A program made the position numbers and the translations under genes. Below the pieces are notes generated by a model. It was given only the letters and a program-made list of their open reading frames with translations, was not told the DNA's origin and made no database searches. Shown here in pieces: positions 1 through 9,840 of a DNA stretch of 35,502 bases. This DNA comes from Actinomycetota bacterium (GTDB taxonomy: Bacteria; Actinomycetota; Actinomycetes; S36-B12). Every line of letters begins with the position of its first letter. The stretch's first letter is position 1. The stretch spans positions 1-35,502 of the forward strand of contig VGBQ01000002.1 in NCBI GenBank assembly GCA_016870425.1. The letters run 5' to 3'.

Positions 1-3000
1 CGAGATCTACCAGCAGTACCTCGCCGACCGCGACAGCGTCGATCCCGCCTGGTGGGACTTCTTCGCCGACTACTCCCCCGCTGATGGGTCAGCGCTCAAG
101 GCACAGATCGATCACGCCAGCGCCAATGGCCATGGGGCTTCCGCCGACGCAGCCACCACCCCGGTCCCGGCACCCGCACCGGTGACGCCTGCACCGGTGG
201 CACCCGCACCGGCCGCCGCGACGACGACCGACATCGTGACGCTGCGCGGGCCGGCCGCCCGGGTCGTCGGCAACATGGAGGCATCCCTTGCCGTGCCCAC
301 CGCGACCAGCGTTCGCGGTGTGCCGGCCAAGCTGCTCATGGACAATCGCGTCGTCATCAACAACCACCTCGCGCGCGGCCGCGGCGGCAAGGTGTCCTTC
401 ACCCACCTGATCGGCTACGCACTCGTGCGCGCCGTGGCCGCCGTCCCCGCCATGAACGACTCCTTCGCCGAGGCTGACGGCAAGCCCGCCGTGGCACATC
501 GAGAGGGCGTCAACCTCGGCGTCGCCATCGACCTGGTCAAGGATGACGGCTCGCGCCAGCTCCTGGTGCCCAACATCAAGGGCGCCCAGGCCATGGACTT
601 CGCCGCATTCTGGGCTGCTTACGAGGATGTCGTACGCCGCGCGCGCAGTGGCGCGCTGGCCGTCGACGACTTCGCCGGCACCACGATCAGCCTCACCAAT
701 CCGGGCACGCTCGGCACCGAGCACTCTGTGCCACGGCTCATGCAGGGACAGGGCTGCATCGTCGGAGTGGGTGCGATGGACTACCCCGCCGAGTGGCAGG
801 GCGCCTCCGAGGAAGCCCTCGTGCGCAACGCGGTGTCCAAGACACTCACCCTCACCTCGACGTACGACCATCGCGTCATCCAGGGCGCTCAGTCGGGCGA
901 GTTCCTCCGGCGCATTCACGAGTTGCTCCTCGGCGAGGATGACTTCTACGGCGAGATCTTCCGCAGCCTGCGCATCCCCTACGAGCCCATCCGCTGGGCC
1001 CGCGACATCTCGGCCTCCCACGAGACCGACCTGGACAAGACCGTCCGCGTGCAGGAGGTCATCCACGCCTATCGCGTGCGCGGTCACCTCATGGCCGACA
1101 CCAATCCGCTCGAGTACGAGCAGCGCATGCACCCCGACCTCGACGTACTCTCGCACGGCCTCACCCTGTGGGATCTGGACCGGGAGTTCGCCACGGGGGG
1201 CTTCGCCGGTCGGCCCCTCATGAAGTTGCGCGAGATCCTCGGCGTACTGCGTGACTCCTACACACGCAGCATCGGCATCGAGTACATGCACATCCAAGAT
1301 CCCGAGCAGCGGCGGTGGATCCAGGAGCGCGTCGAGGTGCCCCATCACAAGCCCAGCCGCGAGGAGCAGCTGCGCATCCTCCACAAGCTCAACCAATCGG
1401 AGGCCTTCGAGACCTTCCTGCAGACGAAGTACGTCGGCCAGAAGCGCTTCTCGCTCGAGGGATCGGAGTCCCTCATCCCACTACTCGACGAGGTCCTGTC
1501 CTCCGCTGCGCGCGACGACATCATCGAGGTCGCGATCGGCATGCCGCACCGCGGTCGGCTCAATGTCCTCACCAACATCGCGGGCAAGTCCTACGCCCAG
1601 ATCTTCGCGGAGTTCGAAGGCAACTACGGCGAGGAGTCCGTCCAGGGCTCCGGTGACGTGAAGTACCACCTGGGCACGAGCGGCACCTACCGCAGCATCG
1701 ACGGATACGAGACCAAGGTCTACGTCGCGGCCAACCCCTCGCACCTCGAGGCCGTCGATCCGGTGCTCGAGGGAATCGTCCGCGCCAAGCAGGACCAGCT
1801 CCCCCGCGAACGCGCCTTCGACGTCCTCCCCCTCCTGCTGCACGGCGACGCGGCCTTCGCGGGCCAGGGCGTCGTGGCCGAGACCCTCAACCTCTCCCAG
1901 CTCCAGGGCTACCGCACCGGCGGCACCGTGCACGTGGTGGTCAACAACCAGGTGGGCTTCACCACCTCACCGCGCTACAGCCGCTCGAGTGTCTACTCGA
2001 CCGACGTGGCCCGGATGGTCCAGGCGCCGATCTTCCACGTCAATGGCGACGACCCCGAAGCCGTCGTGCGCGTCGCGAAACTCGCTTTCGACTTCCGCCA
2101 GGCCTTCCACAAGGATGTCGTTATCGACCTCGTCACCTACCGCCGCCGAGGGCACAACGAGGCTGACGATCCCTCGCTGACCCAGCCGCTGATGTACGAG
2201 CTCATCGATGCCAAGCGCTCCGTACGCAAGCACTACACCGAGTCGCTCATCGGCCGCGGTGACATCAGCGTGGAGGAGGCCGAGGAGGCCCTGCGCCACT
2301 TCCAGGAGGAACTCGAGACGATCTTCCAGGGCAGCCGCGCCGCCCTGACGGAGAGTGACTTCAGCGAGGGTTCCGACGAGGTGGTGCGCACCGGTCAGCT
2401 CGCCCTCGCACCCATGGGGCCCGCCGGCGACATCGTCACCGGCATCAGCACGGACATGGTCGACTGCGTCGTCGAGTCCCAGCTCACCATGCCGGACGGG
2501 TTCACCCTCCATCCGCGACTCGCTCCCCAACTCCAGCGGCGCGCGCAGATGGTGGCCGACGACACGATCGACTGGGGCATGGGCGAGGCCCTGGCCATCG
2601 GGTCGCTGCTCATGGAGGGCAGGTCAGTCCGGCTCGCCGGGCAGGACTCCCGCCGCGGCACCTTCGGCCACCGGCACGCCGTGATCGTCGACAAGGCGAC
2701 CGGCTGGCAGTACAAGCCCCTCAAGCGCTGCTACCGCGACGGCGCCAAGCTGTGGGTCTACGACTCCCTGCTCAGCGAGTTCGCGGCCCTCGGGTTCGAG
2801 TACGGCTACTCCGTCGCGCGACCCGATGCCCTCGTCATGTGGGAGGCGCAGTTCGGTGACTTCGTCGACGGCGCACAGACGATCATCGACGAGTTCATCT
2901 CCTCTGGCGAGCAGAAGTGGAACCAGCGCTCCTCGCTGGTCATGCTCCTTCCGCACGGCTACGAAGGTCAGGGCCCCGACCACTCCTCGGCCCGCGTCGA

Positions 3001-3586
3001 GCGCTTCCTGCAGCTGTGCGCGCAGGACAACATGACCGTGGCGATGCCCTCCACTCCCGCGTCGTTCTTCCACCTGCTGCGCTGGCAGGTGCACTCCCCG
3101 CTCATCCGCCCGCTCGTCGTCTTCACGCCCAAGTCACTGCTGCGCGCCAAGGCAGCCACATCCCCGCTCTCCGACTTCCTCGACGGCCACTTCCGCCCGG
3201 CGATCGAGGACCCGACCGTGGATCCGGGTCGGGTGGAGCGCGTCCTGCTGTGCAGCGGCAAGGTCTACTACGACCTGGTCGCCGAGCGCGAACGCCGCGG
3301 GGACACCCGCACCGCAATCATCCGTGTCGAGCGCCTCTATCCCCTGCCGTGGCGCACCCTCCCGGAGATGGTCGAGGCCTACCCCCAGACGGCGAGCGTC
3401 CGCTGGGTGCAGGAAGAGCCTGCCAACCAGGGCGCGTGGTCCTTCATGGCGCTGAACCTGCCGAGCATCCTCGGCGGTCGCCCGATCGAGGGGATCTCGC
3501 GGCCATCCTCGTCCTCCCCCGCAGTCGGAAGCCACCACAGACACGAGGAAGAGCAGCGCGCCGTCATCGACGCGGCGTTCGCCTAG
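1..3586 (+). CDS. kgd: Multifunctional 2-oxoglutarate dehydrogenase E1 / 2-oxoglutarate decarboxylase (Kgd/OdhA type, with an E2-like acyltransferase segment). The 5' end is truncated by the window edge.
   Basis: The reading frame is open from base 2 (EIYQQYLADRDSVDPAWWDFFAD...), so the listed ORF 182..3586 only marks an internal Met. There is an Ala/Pro/Thr linker, an E2 catalytic-type motif DHRVIQGAQSGEF, and then long E1 homology (HRGRLNVL, GDVKYHLG, LLHGDAAFAGQG, RRRGHNEADDPS). Stop is TAG at 3584-3586. Confidence 0.93.
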   Translation, partial: EIYQQYLADRDSVDPAWWDFFADYSPADGSALKAQIDHASANGHGASADAATTPVPAPAPVTPAPVAPAPAAATTTDIVTLRGPAARVVGNMEASLAVPTATSVRGVPAKLLMDNRVVINNHLARGRGGKVSFTHLIGYALVRAVAAVPAMNDSFAEADGKPAVAHREGVNLGVAIDLVKDDGSRQLLVPNIKGAQAMDFAAFWAAYEDVVRRARSGALAVDDFAGTTISLTNPGTLGTEHSVPRLMQGQGCIVGVGAMDYPAEWQGASEEALVRNAVSKTLTLTSTYDHRVIQGAQSGEFLRRIHELLLGEDDFYGEIFRSLRIPYEPIRWARDISASHETDLDKTVRVQEVIHAYRVRGHLMADTNPLEYEQRMHPDLDVLSHGLTLWDLDREFATGGFAGRPLMKLREILGVLRDSYTRSIGIEYMHIQDPEQRRWIQERVEVPHHKPSREEQLRILHKLNQSEAFETFLQTKYVGQKRFSLEGSESLIPLLDEVLSSAARDDIIEVAIGMPHRGRLNVLTNIAGKSYAQIFAEFEGNYGEESVQGSGDVKYHLGTSGTYRSIDGYETKVYVAANPSHLEAVDPVLEGIVRAKQDQLPRERAFDVLPLLLHGDAAFAGQGVVAETLNLSQLQGYRTGGTVHVVVNNQVGFTTSPRYSRSSVYSTDVARMVQAPIFHVNGDDPEAVVRVAKLAFDFRQAFHKDVVIDLVTYRRRGHNEADDPSLTQPLMYELIDAKRSVRKHYTESLIGRGDISVEEAEEALRHFQEELETIFQGSRAALTESDFSEGSDEVVRTGQLALAPMGPAGDIVTGISTDMVDCVVESQLTMPDGFTLHPRLAPQLQRRAQMVADDTIDWGMGEALAIGSLLMEGRSVRLAGQDSRRGTFGHRHAVIVDKATGWQYKPLKRCYRDGAKLWVYDSLLSEFAALGFEYGYSVARPDALVMWEAQFGDFVDGAQTIIDEFISSGEQKWNQRSSLVMLLPHGYEGQGPDHSSARVERFLQLCAQDNMTVAMPSTPASFFHLLRWQVHSPLIRPLVVFTPKSLLRAKAATSPLSDFLDGHFRPAIEDPTVDPGRVERVLLCSGKVYYDLVAERERRGDTRTAIIRVERLYPLPWRTLPEMVEAYPQTASVRWVQEEPANQGAWSFMALNLPSILGGRPIEGISRPSSSSPAVGSHHRHEEEQRAVIDAAFA

Positions 3587-3589
3587 GCC

Positions 3590-3766
3590 ATGTACTTCAC
3601 CGACAGGGGAATCGAAGAGCTCCAGCGCCGGCGCGGCGAGGAGGAGATCAGCCTGGACTGGCTCGCTGAGCGCCTGCGCGAGTTCGTCGACCTCCACCCC
3701 GAATTCGAGACGCCGGTCGAGCGCCTCGCCACGTGGTTGGCCCGGCTCGACGACCCGGAGGACTGA
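3590..3766 (+). CDS. Small conserved actinobacterial protein (DUF6104-like), 58 aa
   Basis: ATG at 3590 lies 3 nt after the kgd stop. I translated it by hand as MYFTDRGIEELQRRRGEEEISLDWLAERLREFVDLHPEFETPVERLATWLARLDDPED, ending at TGA 3764-3766. It falls below the 60-aa cutoff of the ORF track. The sequence resembles the small protein I recall following kgd in other actinobacteria. Confidence 0.7.
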   Translation: MYFTDRGIEELQRRRGEEEISLDWLAERLREFVDLHPEFETPVERLATWLARLDDPED

Positions 3767-3788
3767 CCTGACCAGCACCACGGCGGAG

Positions 3789-5036
3789 GTGCGCGCTGTC
3801 CTGCGCGGACCCTTCGGCCGACTCGCACTCGGCCGCTTCCTCGATGCCATCGGCAACGGCCTCACCCTCTCCCTCCTCGTCGTCTACCTCGCCGAGGTCC
3901 GAGGACTGCCGATCTTCACGGCCTCGCTCGTCCTCACCTGGATGGCGGTCATCGGGCTCTTCGCCGTCCCGATCGCCGGCAGTCTCACGGACCGCTTCGG
4001 TCCTCGACGCGTGCTCCTCGTCGCCATTCTCGTGGAGGCATCAGGTGTCGCCCTCATGTCCCAGGTCACCACCGCGCCCGCCGCCTTCGCCGTCGCCTCG
4101 CTGCTCGCCCTGGGAGCGGCCGGCATCTGGGGACCGCTGAGCACATTCACCGCGCAGGTCGTGGAGGAGGAGCAGCGCACGACCGCCTTCGCCGTGGGCT
4201 TCATGCTCCTCAACCTCGGCCTCGGCGTCGGTGGTCTCATCGGCGCAGCCATCATCGACATCGACCGCCCCGAGACATTCGTCGTGCTCTATCTCGTGGA
4301 CGCTCTGACCTATCTCTTCGCCTGGGCGGCCGTCGCGAGCCTGCGGGGCCTCGGCGGGCCGGTGGTGTCGGCGGAGACCGACCGGTCGACCGACGCGCCT
4401 CGCCAGGGCTGGCGTGAGGTCCTGAGCGATCGGCGCCTGCGCAGGCAGATTGCGGTGTCGCTCTTGCTGCTCACCTGCGGCTATGGCTCCCTTGAGGCGG
4501 GACTGGCGATCTTCATCACCGACACGGCGCAATTGCCCGAGCGGCTCATCGGCGTCGTCTGGATGGCCAACACGGTGACAATCGTGCTGGGGCAGTTGCT
4601 GGTCTTGCGTCTCGTGCGCGGCCGCTCGCGCACCCGCATGATCGGACTGGTAGGGGCACTGTGGGGGGTGTCCTGGCTGCTGATGTCGACGGTGCCCGGC
4701 ATCCCGGTCGCCCCTGCCGTGGTCGTCCTCATCGCGTCCACGGTGATCTTCGCGCTCGGGGAGACCGTCTGGAGCCCCACGGCACCTGCCCTGATCAACT
4801 CCATCGCTCCCGACCATCTGCGCGGGCGCTACAACAGCGCACAGTCGCTGACCTGGAGCTTGGGCGCGACCCTGGCACCCGTGGCCTCCGGCGCACTCAT
4901 CGGGGCGGGGCGCGGAGTCACCTGGGCGATGCTCATCGCCGTGGGATGCTTCGCGGCAGCGGCGTTCGCGCAGACCCTGCGCCCGATGCTCACCCCGGCC
5001 GAGGACGGCCGGGAGCCCGCAGCAACGGCCTCCTAG
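3789..5036 (+). CDS. MFS transporter
   Basis: 415-aa ORF with about 12 hydrophobic segments and the MFS loop motif GSLTDRFGPRR between TM2 and TM3. The GTG start at 3789 is uncertain. Confidence 0.8.
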   Translation: MRAVLRGPFGRLALGRFLDAIGNGLTLSLLVVYLAEVRGLPIFTASLVLTWMAVIGLFAVPIAGSLTDRFGPRRVLLVAILVEASGVALMSQVTTAPAAFAVASLLALGAAGIWGPLSTFTAQVVEEEQRTTAFAVGFMLLNLGLGVGGLIGAAIIDIDRPETFVVLYLVDALTYLFAWAAVASLRGLGGPVVSAETDRSTDAPRQGWREVLSDRRLRRQIAVSLLLLTCGYGSLEAGLAIFITDTAQLPERLIGVVWMANTVTIVLGQLLVLRLVRGRSRTRMIGLVGALWGVSWLLMSTVPGIPVAPAVVVLIASTVIFALGETVWSPTAPALINSIAPDHLRGRYNSAQSLTWSLGATLAPVASGALIGAGRGVTWAMLIAVGCFAAAAFAQTLRPMLTPAEDGREPAATAS

Positions 5037-6220
5037 CGCCGCGCGACACCCTCCGCGTGCGCAGCCGCCGCCACGGCACGCGGCACGGCGACGCCGACCC
5101 GCGGATCAAAGACGCTCGGCACGATGAGATCCGGGGCGAGTTCATCGGCGACCACGTCGGCGATCGCCTGCGCTGCCGCGAGTTTCATCCCCTTCGTGAT
5201 CGTGGTCGCTCGCACATCGAGGGCACCGCGGAAGATGCCGGGGAAGGCGAGCACGTTGTTGATCTGGTTGGGGAAGTCACTGCGCCCGGTGGCGACGACC
5301 ACGGCAGTGCGCATCGCCACCTCCGGGTGGATCTCCGGATCGGGGTTGGCCAGTGCGAAGACAATGGCACTGGGCGCCATCGACGCCACCGCCTCGTCGG
5401 AGACCTCGCCGGCGGACAATCCGATGAAGACATCTGCGCCGGCCATGGCCTCCTCGATCGATCCCTCGATATCGAGTCGGTTGGTGCGCGCGGCAAGCGC
5501 GGCCTTCACCGGGGTGAGATCCTCGCGCGAGCTCGAGATGATGCCCACCGAGTCACCGACGGCGATATCGCCGATGCCCGCCTCGAGCAGGATGTCCGTG
5601 ACGGCGACCCCAGCCGCCCCCGCACCCGAGACGACCGCACGCAGGTCCGAGATGGGGCGTCCCACGACCCGAGCGGCATTGAGCAGGGCGGCAAGCACGA
5701 CCACGGCCGTGCCGTGCTGGTCGTCGTGGAAGACCGGGATATCGAGGGCGGCGTCGAGGCGCTCCTCGATCTCGAAGCATCGCGGGGCACTGATGTCCTC
5801 GAGGTTGACTCCGCCGTACGCCGGGGCGATGCGGATGACTGTCTCCACGATCTCGTCGACGTCCTTCGTCGACAGGCAGATCGGCACGGCGTCGACTCCG
5901 CCGAACTCCTTGAAGAGCAGCGCCTTGCCCTCCATGACGGGCAGGGCCGCCTCGGGGCCGATGTCGCCCAGGCCGAGCACGGCGGTGCCATCCGTCACGA
6001 CGAGGACGGTGTTGGACTTCCAGGTGTATTCACGGGCGAGTTCTGGGTTCTCGGCGATGGCTGAGGACACGCGGGCGACACCCGGGGTGTAGGCAAGCGC
6101 CAGGCCCTCGCGATCACGGATGCGGACGGTGGGGCGCACCTCGATCTTGCCCCCCTGATGGAGGGGGAAGGCCGGGTCGATGGTGTCGCCGTTGCCGCTC
6201 ATGAAGGTGTAGTCAACCAC
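5033..6220 (-). CDS. NAD(P)-dependent malic enzyme (short, about 390-aa form)
   Basis: The N-terminus reads HQGGKIEV...[11 protein letters not shown]...[36 protein letters not shown], with a Rossmann motif [11 protein letters not shown]. Start is GTG at 6220 or ATG at 6202. Confidence 0.88.
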   Translation of the reverse strand: MVDYTFMSGNGDTIDPAFPLHQGGKIEVRPTVRIRDREGLALAYTPGVARVSSAIAENPELAREYTWKSNTVLVVTDGTAVLGLGDIGPEAALPVMEGKALLFKEFGGVDAVPICLSTKDVDEIVETVIRIAPAYGGVNLEDISAPRCFEIEERLDAALDIPVFHDDQHGTAVVVLAALLNAARVVGRPISDLRAVVSGAGAAGVAVTDILLEAGIGDIAVGDSVGIISSSREDLTPVKAALAARTNRLDIEGSIEEAMAGADVFIGLSAGEVSDEAVASMAPSAIVFALANPDPEIHPEVAMRTAVVVATGRSDFPNQINNVLAFPGIFRGALDVRATTITKGMKLAAAQAIADVVADELAPDLIVPSVFDPRVGVAVPRAVAAAAHAEGVARR

Positions 6221-6542
6221 CGCGACGAGGGATGCGCCTGGGCGGCAGCGGCCTATACCTGAGCATCAGGCGGGCGACGATCGCCTCGGGATCGACCGGG
6301 CCGTAGTGGCGGCTGTCGCGGCTGCGCTCCGAGTTGTCTCCCTCGACCCACCAGCGCGCCCCTTCTCGATCGGTGATGCGCTTCACGGTGAGCAGGTCCT
6401 CCTGCTCAGGCTGGCGGACAACCACCACGTCGCCCACGGCGACACGGCGGGTACGCCGGGCCAGCCACCACTCGCCCGACCGCAGTGTCGGCTCCATCGA
6501 GTCGCCAGCGATGGCGACGGGGAACCACGGCAGGCGGGCCAT
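6213..6542 (-). CDS. sodX: S26-family signal-peptidase-like protease, likely the Ni-SOD maturation protease SodX
   Basis: Contains the GDSMEPTL catalytic-Ser motif and TVKRI (Lys), and lies divergent to sodN. I trimmed the ORF to ATG at 6542 (MARLPWFPVAIAGDSMEPTL), because the longer ORF would run into the sodN promoter and coding region. Confidence 0.75.
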   Translation of the reverse strand: MARLPWFPVAIAGDSMEPTLRSGEWWLARRTRRVAVGDVVVVRQPEQEDLLTVKRITDREGARWWVEGDNSERSRDSRHYGPVDPEAIVARLMLRYRPLPPRRIPRRGG

Positions 6543-6629
6543 GCCGGGATCATGCCCGAGCACCGGATGCCGCCGGGGGGCAGCCCGTCTAGGGTGGAGC
6601 CCACAGCGCATAGCGCCCCGGACGGAGGA

Positions 6630-7043
6630 ATGATGCTTACTCGGATCACCGCGTGGCTTGCCCCGCGCACCACGGTCCATGCCCACTGCGACCTGCCCTG
6701 CGGCGTCTATGACCCCGCGCAGGCCAAGATCGAGGCGCAGTCAGTCAAGGCATGCATGGAGAAGTACCACGCGTCGGACGATCCCGACTTCAAAGCTCGC
6801 GCGATCGCCATCAAGGAGGATCGCTCCAATCTCGTGAAGGAGCACCTGTGGGTGCTGTGGACCGACTACTTCAAGCCCCCGCACTTCGAGAAGTACCCCA
6901 ACCTCAACCAGCTCTTCAACGAGGCGACCAAGCTCGCCGGCGCCGGTGGCACCAAGGGCACCGTCGATGTCGCTGTCGCTGACCAACTGCTCGGCAAGAT
7001 CGACGAGATCTCCGAGATCTTCTGGGAAACCAAGAAGGCCTAG
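6630..7043 (+). CDS. sodN: Nickel-containing superoxide dismutase precursor
   Basis: Carries the Ni-hook HCDLPCGVYDP after the leader MMLTRITAWLAPRTTVHA. GGAGGA lies just upstream of ATG 6630, and the rest of the protein aligns with the SodN family (KACMEKY, EHLWVLWTDYFKPPHFEKYP). Confidence 0.93.
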   Translation: MMLTRITAWLAPRTTVHAHCDLPCGVYDPAQAKIEAQSVKACMEKYHASDDPDFKARAIAIKEDRSNLVKEHLWVLWTDYFKPPHFEKYPNLNQLFNEATKLAGAGGTKGTVDVAVADQLLGKIDEISEIFWETKKA

Positions 7044-7054
7044 GTGTGACGGAA

Positions 7055-7094
7055 GGCCCCTGATCCGCCGCTGCGGGTCAGGGGCCTTTGGTTT
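7055..7094 (+). terminator. Rho-independent terminator after sodN
   Basis: Stem GGCCCCTGA (7055-7063) pairs with TCAGGGGCC (7078-7086), followed by TTTGGTTT. Confidence 0.75.
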
Positions 7095-7151
7095 GACGCA
7101 AGCACCCGCCATGGCCTACCCGGCCTAGTGCGGGCCACTAGCCTGGGCGAC

Positions 7152-8171
7152 ATGCCACATTCCCTCTCGGTGTACGGCGACTCCCGCACACGAGGACTGT
7201 CGCAGGGGGAGCACCTACGCGCCGACATTCACGACGTTGTGCATCGGGTCATGGACTCGATGGGGGGACCAGACGGAGTTGACAGGTTCCTGGCCAGCAC
7301 GAACTTCCTGCCGGCGATCACCAAGCACACACCCCGTCTCCTCGCGGAACTCGAGGGCATTGCCGTCGGAGCCAATGCGCGATTCGCTGATCTCCTGGCT
7401 CACAACCTGATGGATGAATACTGGTGGTGGTCACAGGATCAGCGCCATCGCGAGGCGTGCAGCAGCGTCGCGAGTGTGGGCCCCCCGGCCCTCGTGGGTC
7501 AGACCATGGACCTCGACAGATTCCTCGACGGGAGTCAATGCCTCATCTCACATCACGACGACAGCGCGACCCTTGCCGTCTTGACCTCAGCGGGGATGGT
7601 AGGTCTGTGCGGAGTGTCCAGCATGGGCTTCGGCCTGTGCGTCAATGCGCTCACGATGCTCACGCACAGCGGTTCCGGCCTGCCCGTCGCCTTTGCCTTC
7701 CGAGGCGCGCTGGCGCAACCCGACGCCCCACGCGCGCTCGATTTCCTTCGCTCCGTGCCGCATGCCTCCGGCCAGCACTACGCCATCGTGGGACGTGGGC
7801 CGCACGGCCAGATGACGGCCAGCATCGAGTGTTCAGCGCGTGGAGCAACCACCTCGGCGGAGGCCAACAGCAATTTTGGCCATGCCAACCATCCGCTTGC
7901 GAGTGCAGACATTGACTCGCATGCCAGCACCGGAGCTGAAGGTTCAAGCGCACTTCGCCAATCAGCCCTGGAAGCCGCCCTACCCTCAGTCACGAACGCA
8001 GACGGCCTCATGCATCTGCTCAGCACCGAGCCACTGTGCGAGCCCCGGCGCGACGACCGCGACTGGTTCACCTTCGGCGCCATCGTCGCCCAGATCGACG
8101 ACGTGGTCACGATCAACTACGCGCTCGGCCCCCCCGATACTGATCCCTGGCATACCGCAGTAGTGGCCTGA
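7152..8171 (+). CDS. Peptidase C45 / acyl-CoA:6-aminopenicillanic acid acyltransferase-like Ntn hydrolase
   Basis: The pattern ...HREACSSVA... (candidate nucleophile Cys) followed by GQTMDLD, LTSAGMVGLCGVSSMGFGLCVNAL and HASGQHY is typical of the C45 family. I chose the start at ATG 7152. Confidence 0.65.
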   Translation: MPHSLSVYGDSRTRGLSQGEHLRADIHDVVHRVMDSMGGPDGVDRFLASTNFLPAITKHTPRLLAELEGIAVGANARFADLLAHNLMDEYWWWSQDQRHREACSSVASVGPPALVGQTMDLDRFLDGSQCLISHHDDSATLAVLTSAGMVGLCGVSSMGFGLCVNALTMLTHSGSGLPVAFAFRGALAQPDAPRALDFLRSVPHASGQHYAIVGRGPHGQMTASIECSARGATTSAEANSNFGHANHPLASADIDSHASTGAEGSSALRQSALEAALPSVTNADGLMHLLSTEPLCEPRRDDRDWFTFGAIVAQIDDVVTINYALGPPDTDPWHTAVVA

Positions 8172-8211
8172 GCCGCGCACTTCGGCGTCGTTCCTAGGCG
8201 AGACCCTCGCG

Positions 8212-9840
8212 CTACCACGCCCGGGCGATGTGCTCGGCGGCACGGAACGCCAGCGCCATGATTGTCAGCACCGGGTTGAAGCCGCCGTTGGTCACGTGCA
8301 CCGAGCCATCGGCCACGTAGAGGTTGTCGTGGCCGTGCACTCGACTCCAGCGGTCGGTGACCGAGCTCGCTGGGTCGTCTCCCATGCGGGCGGTGCCGGC
8401 CTGGTGCTGGCCGCCGCTGAGCTTCAGCCTCGGCGGCGACCCCCAGATCCGCTGCGCACCTGAGGCGGCCAGCCACTCCCCTGCGCGCGCGTACATGAAC
8501 TCCGCCGTCCGCACGGTCTCGGGGTGGGTCGCGCCTGAGAGACGCACTACTGGGATGCCCCAGCGATCGCGCACCGTCGGGTCGAGCGTCACGCGCGCGT
8601 CCGGGCTGGGGATCTCCTGCACCGGGCCCATCACACGCGCCACCCGGGTGTAGTTGTCGCGCATAAAGCGCTTGGCCTCGGCACCCCAGCGCGGCAGATC
8701 CGGTGGCAGATTGCGCGCCCAGAAGATGATCGGCAGCACCACGAACTCATCCGCGATCATGCCCCCGCCGATCACGTCGGGATTGCCGTGGTTGAACTTC
8801 GTGATCGCCGTGGTCACGCCCGGCCCAACACCATCGTGGACCTGCTCGGACATCAAGCCGACAGCGCCGGGGTAGTAGTGGCCCTGCAGGTTGCGGCCGA
8901 CCTGGTCGTGCGCATTGCCCAGCCCGTGCGGGTGCTCCGACGATGTCGAGTTGAGCAGCAGCCGGGCGGTTTCGATCGCACCGGCCGCCAGCACCACGAC
9001 CTCGGCGCGCGCGTGCTGGCGCTGGTCATCGCGATCGACGTACGTCACGCCGACCACCCGGCCTCCGACCGTGTCGACCTGCTCCACCATGGCCTCGGTC
9101 ACCACCTCGGCCCGGCCCGTCGCGCGCGCACGGGCCAGCAGGGTGTTCTGACTGTCGTTCTTGGCGTCGACCGGGCAGGCGAAGCCGATGCAGTGCTGGC
9201 AGTGGATGCAGGCGGGCCTGCCGGCGTAGGGCGTGCTGTTGATCAGCAGCGGCACGGCCAGGGTAGGCCAGCCGAGCGCCTCCGCGCCGCGCCGCACGAT
9301 CGCACCCTGGCGATTGAGCGGCACCGGCGGCATCGGGTAGTCCTTGTCGCGCGGCCACTGCTTGGCACTCCCGACGCTGTCACCAGACACCCCGATCTCC
9401 CACTCGGCGCGGTCGTAGTACGGCGCCACATCGGCGTAGCCGATCGGCCAGTCGGCCAGCGAGCTCCCGGCCGGCACGCCATAGGTGCTCGCCATCTCGA
9501 AGTCGCCCGGCAGGTAGCGCCAGGCCTGCGCGCCGTAGACCCGCGCACCGCCTCCGACACCGGTGGCATTGTTTTGATAGGCGTCCTCGTGCGGGCGCAG
9601 CGTGTGCTCCCGGCCATCCAGGTCCACCCAGACGCGTGGATTGCCCTCCAGGCTCGGGCCGGTGTTGTGTCCGTAGCGCGTGTAGCGGTGATTGCGCAAG
9701 TGGTCGCGCGGGACGTCCTCACACGCTAGTTCGCGTCCGCGCTCAATGAGCAGCACGCTCTTGCCTGCCTCGGCCAGCACGCCGGCTGCGACACCGCCAC
9801 CGGCCCCGGCGCCCACGACGATCACGTCATGGACGCTCAT
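8212..9840 (-). CDS. GMC-family FAD-dependent oxidoreductase (large flavoprotein subunit)
   Basis: N-terminal dinucleotide fold HDVIVVGAGAGGGVAAGVLAEAGKSVLLIERG and a C-terminal GMC signature (HQAGTARMG...NLYVADGSV). ATG at 9840 overlaps the stop of the upstream gene (ATGA). Confidence 0.88.
   Translation of the reverse strand: MSVHDVIVVGAGAGGGVAAGVLAEAGKSVLLIERGRELACEDVPRDHLRNHRYTRYGHNTGPSLEGNPRVWVDLDGREHTLRPHEDAYQNNATGVGGGARVYGAQAWRYLPGDFEMASTYGVPAGSSLADWPIGYADVAPYYDRAEWEIGVSGDSVGSAKQWPRDKDYPMPPVPLNRQGAIVRRGAEALGWPTLAVPLLINSTPYAGRPACIHCQHCIGFACPVDAKNDSQNTLLARARATGRAEVVTEAMVEQVDTVGGRVVGVTYVDRDDQRQHARAEVVVLAAGAIETARLLLNSTSSEHPHGLGNAHDQVGRNLQGHYYPGAVGLMSEQVHDGVGPGVTTAITKFNHGNPDVIGGGMIADEFVVLPIIFWARNLPPDLPRWGAEAKRFMRDNYTRVARVMGPVQEIPSPDARVTLDPTVRDRWGIPVVRLSGATHPETVRTAEFMYARAGEWLAASGAQRIWGSPPRLKLSGGQHQAGTARMGDDPASSVTDRWSRVHGHDNLYVADGSVHVTNGGFNPVLTIMALAFRAAEHIARAW

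Noticed and set aside
89-1396. Long antisense or alternative-frame ORFs throughout the window, for example 89..1396(-), 4661..6064(+), 5124..6092(+), 8788..9729(+), 11883..13157(+), 15377..16780(-), 25590..27008(-), 31709..32734(-) and 33847..34872(-).
   Set aside because: These are typical high-GC artefacts. They are Arg/Gly/Ala/Pro-rich low-complexity translations with no recognisable motifs, and each fully overlaps a gene on the other strand or frame that has strong family signatures.
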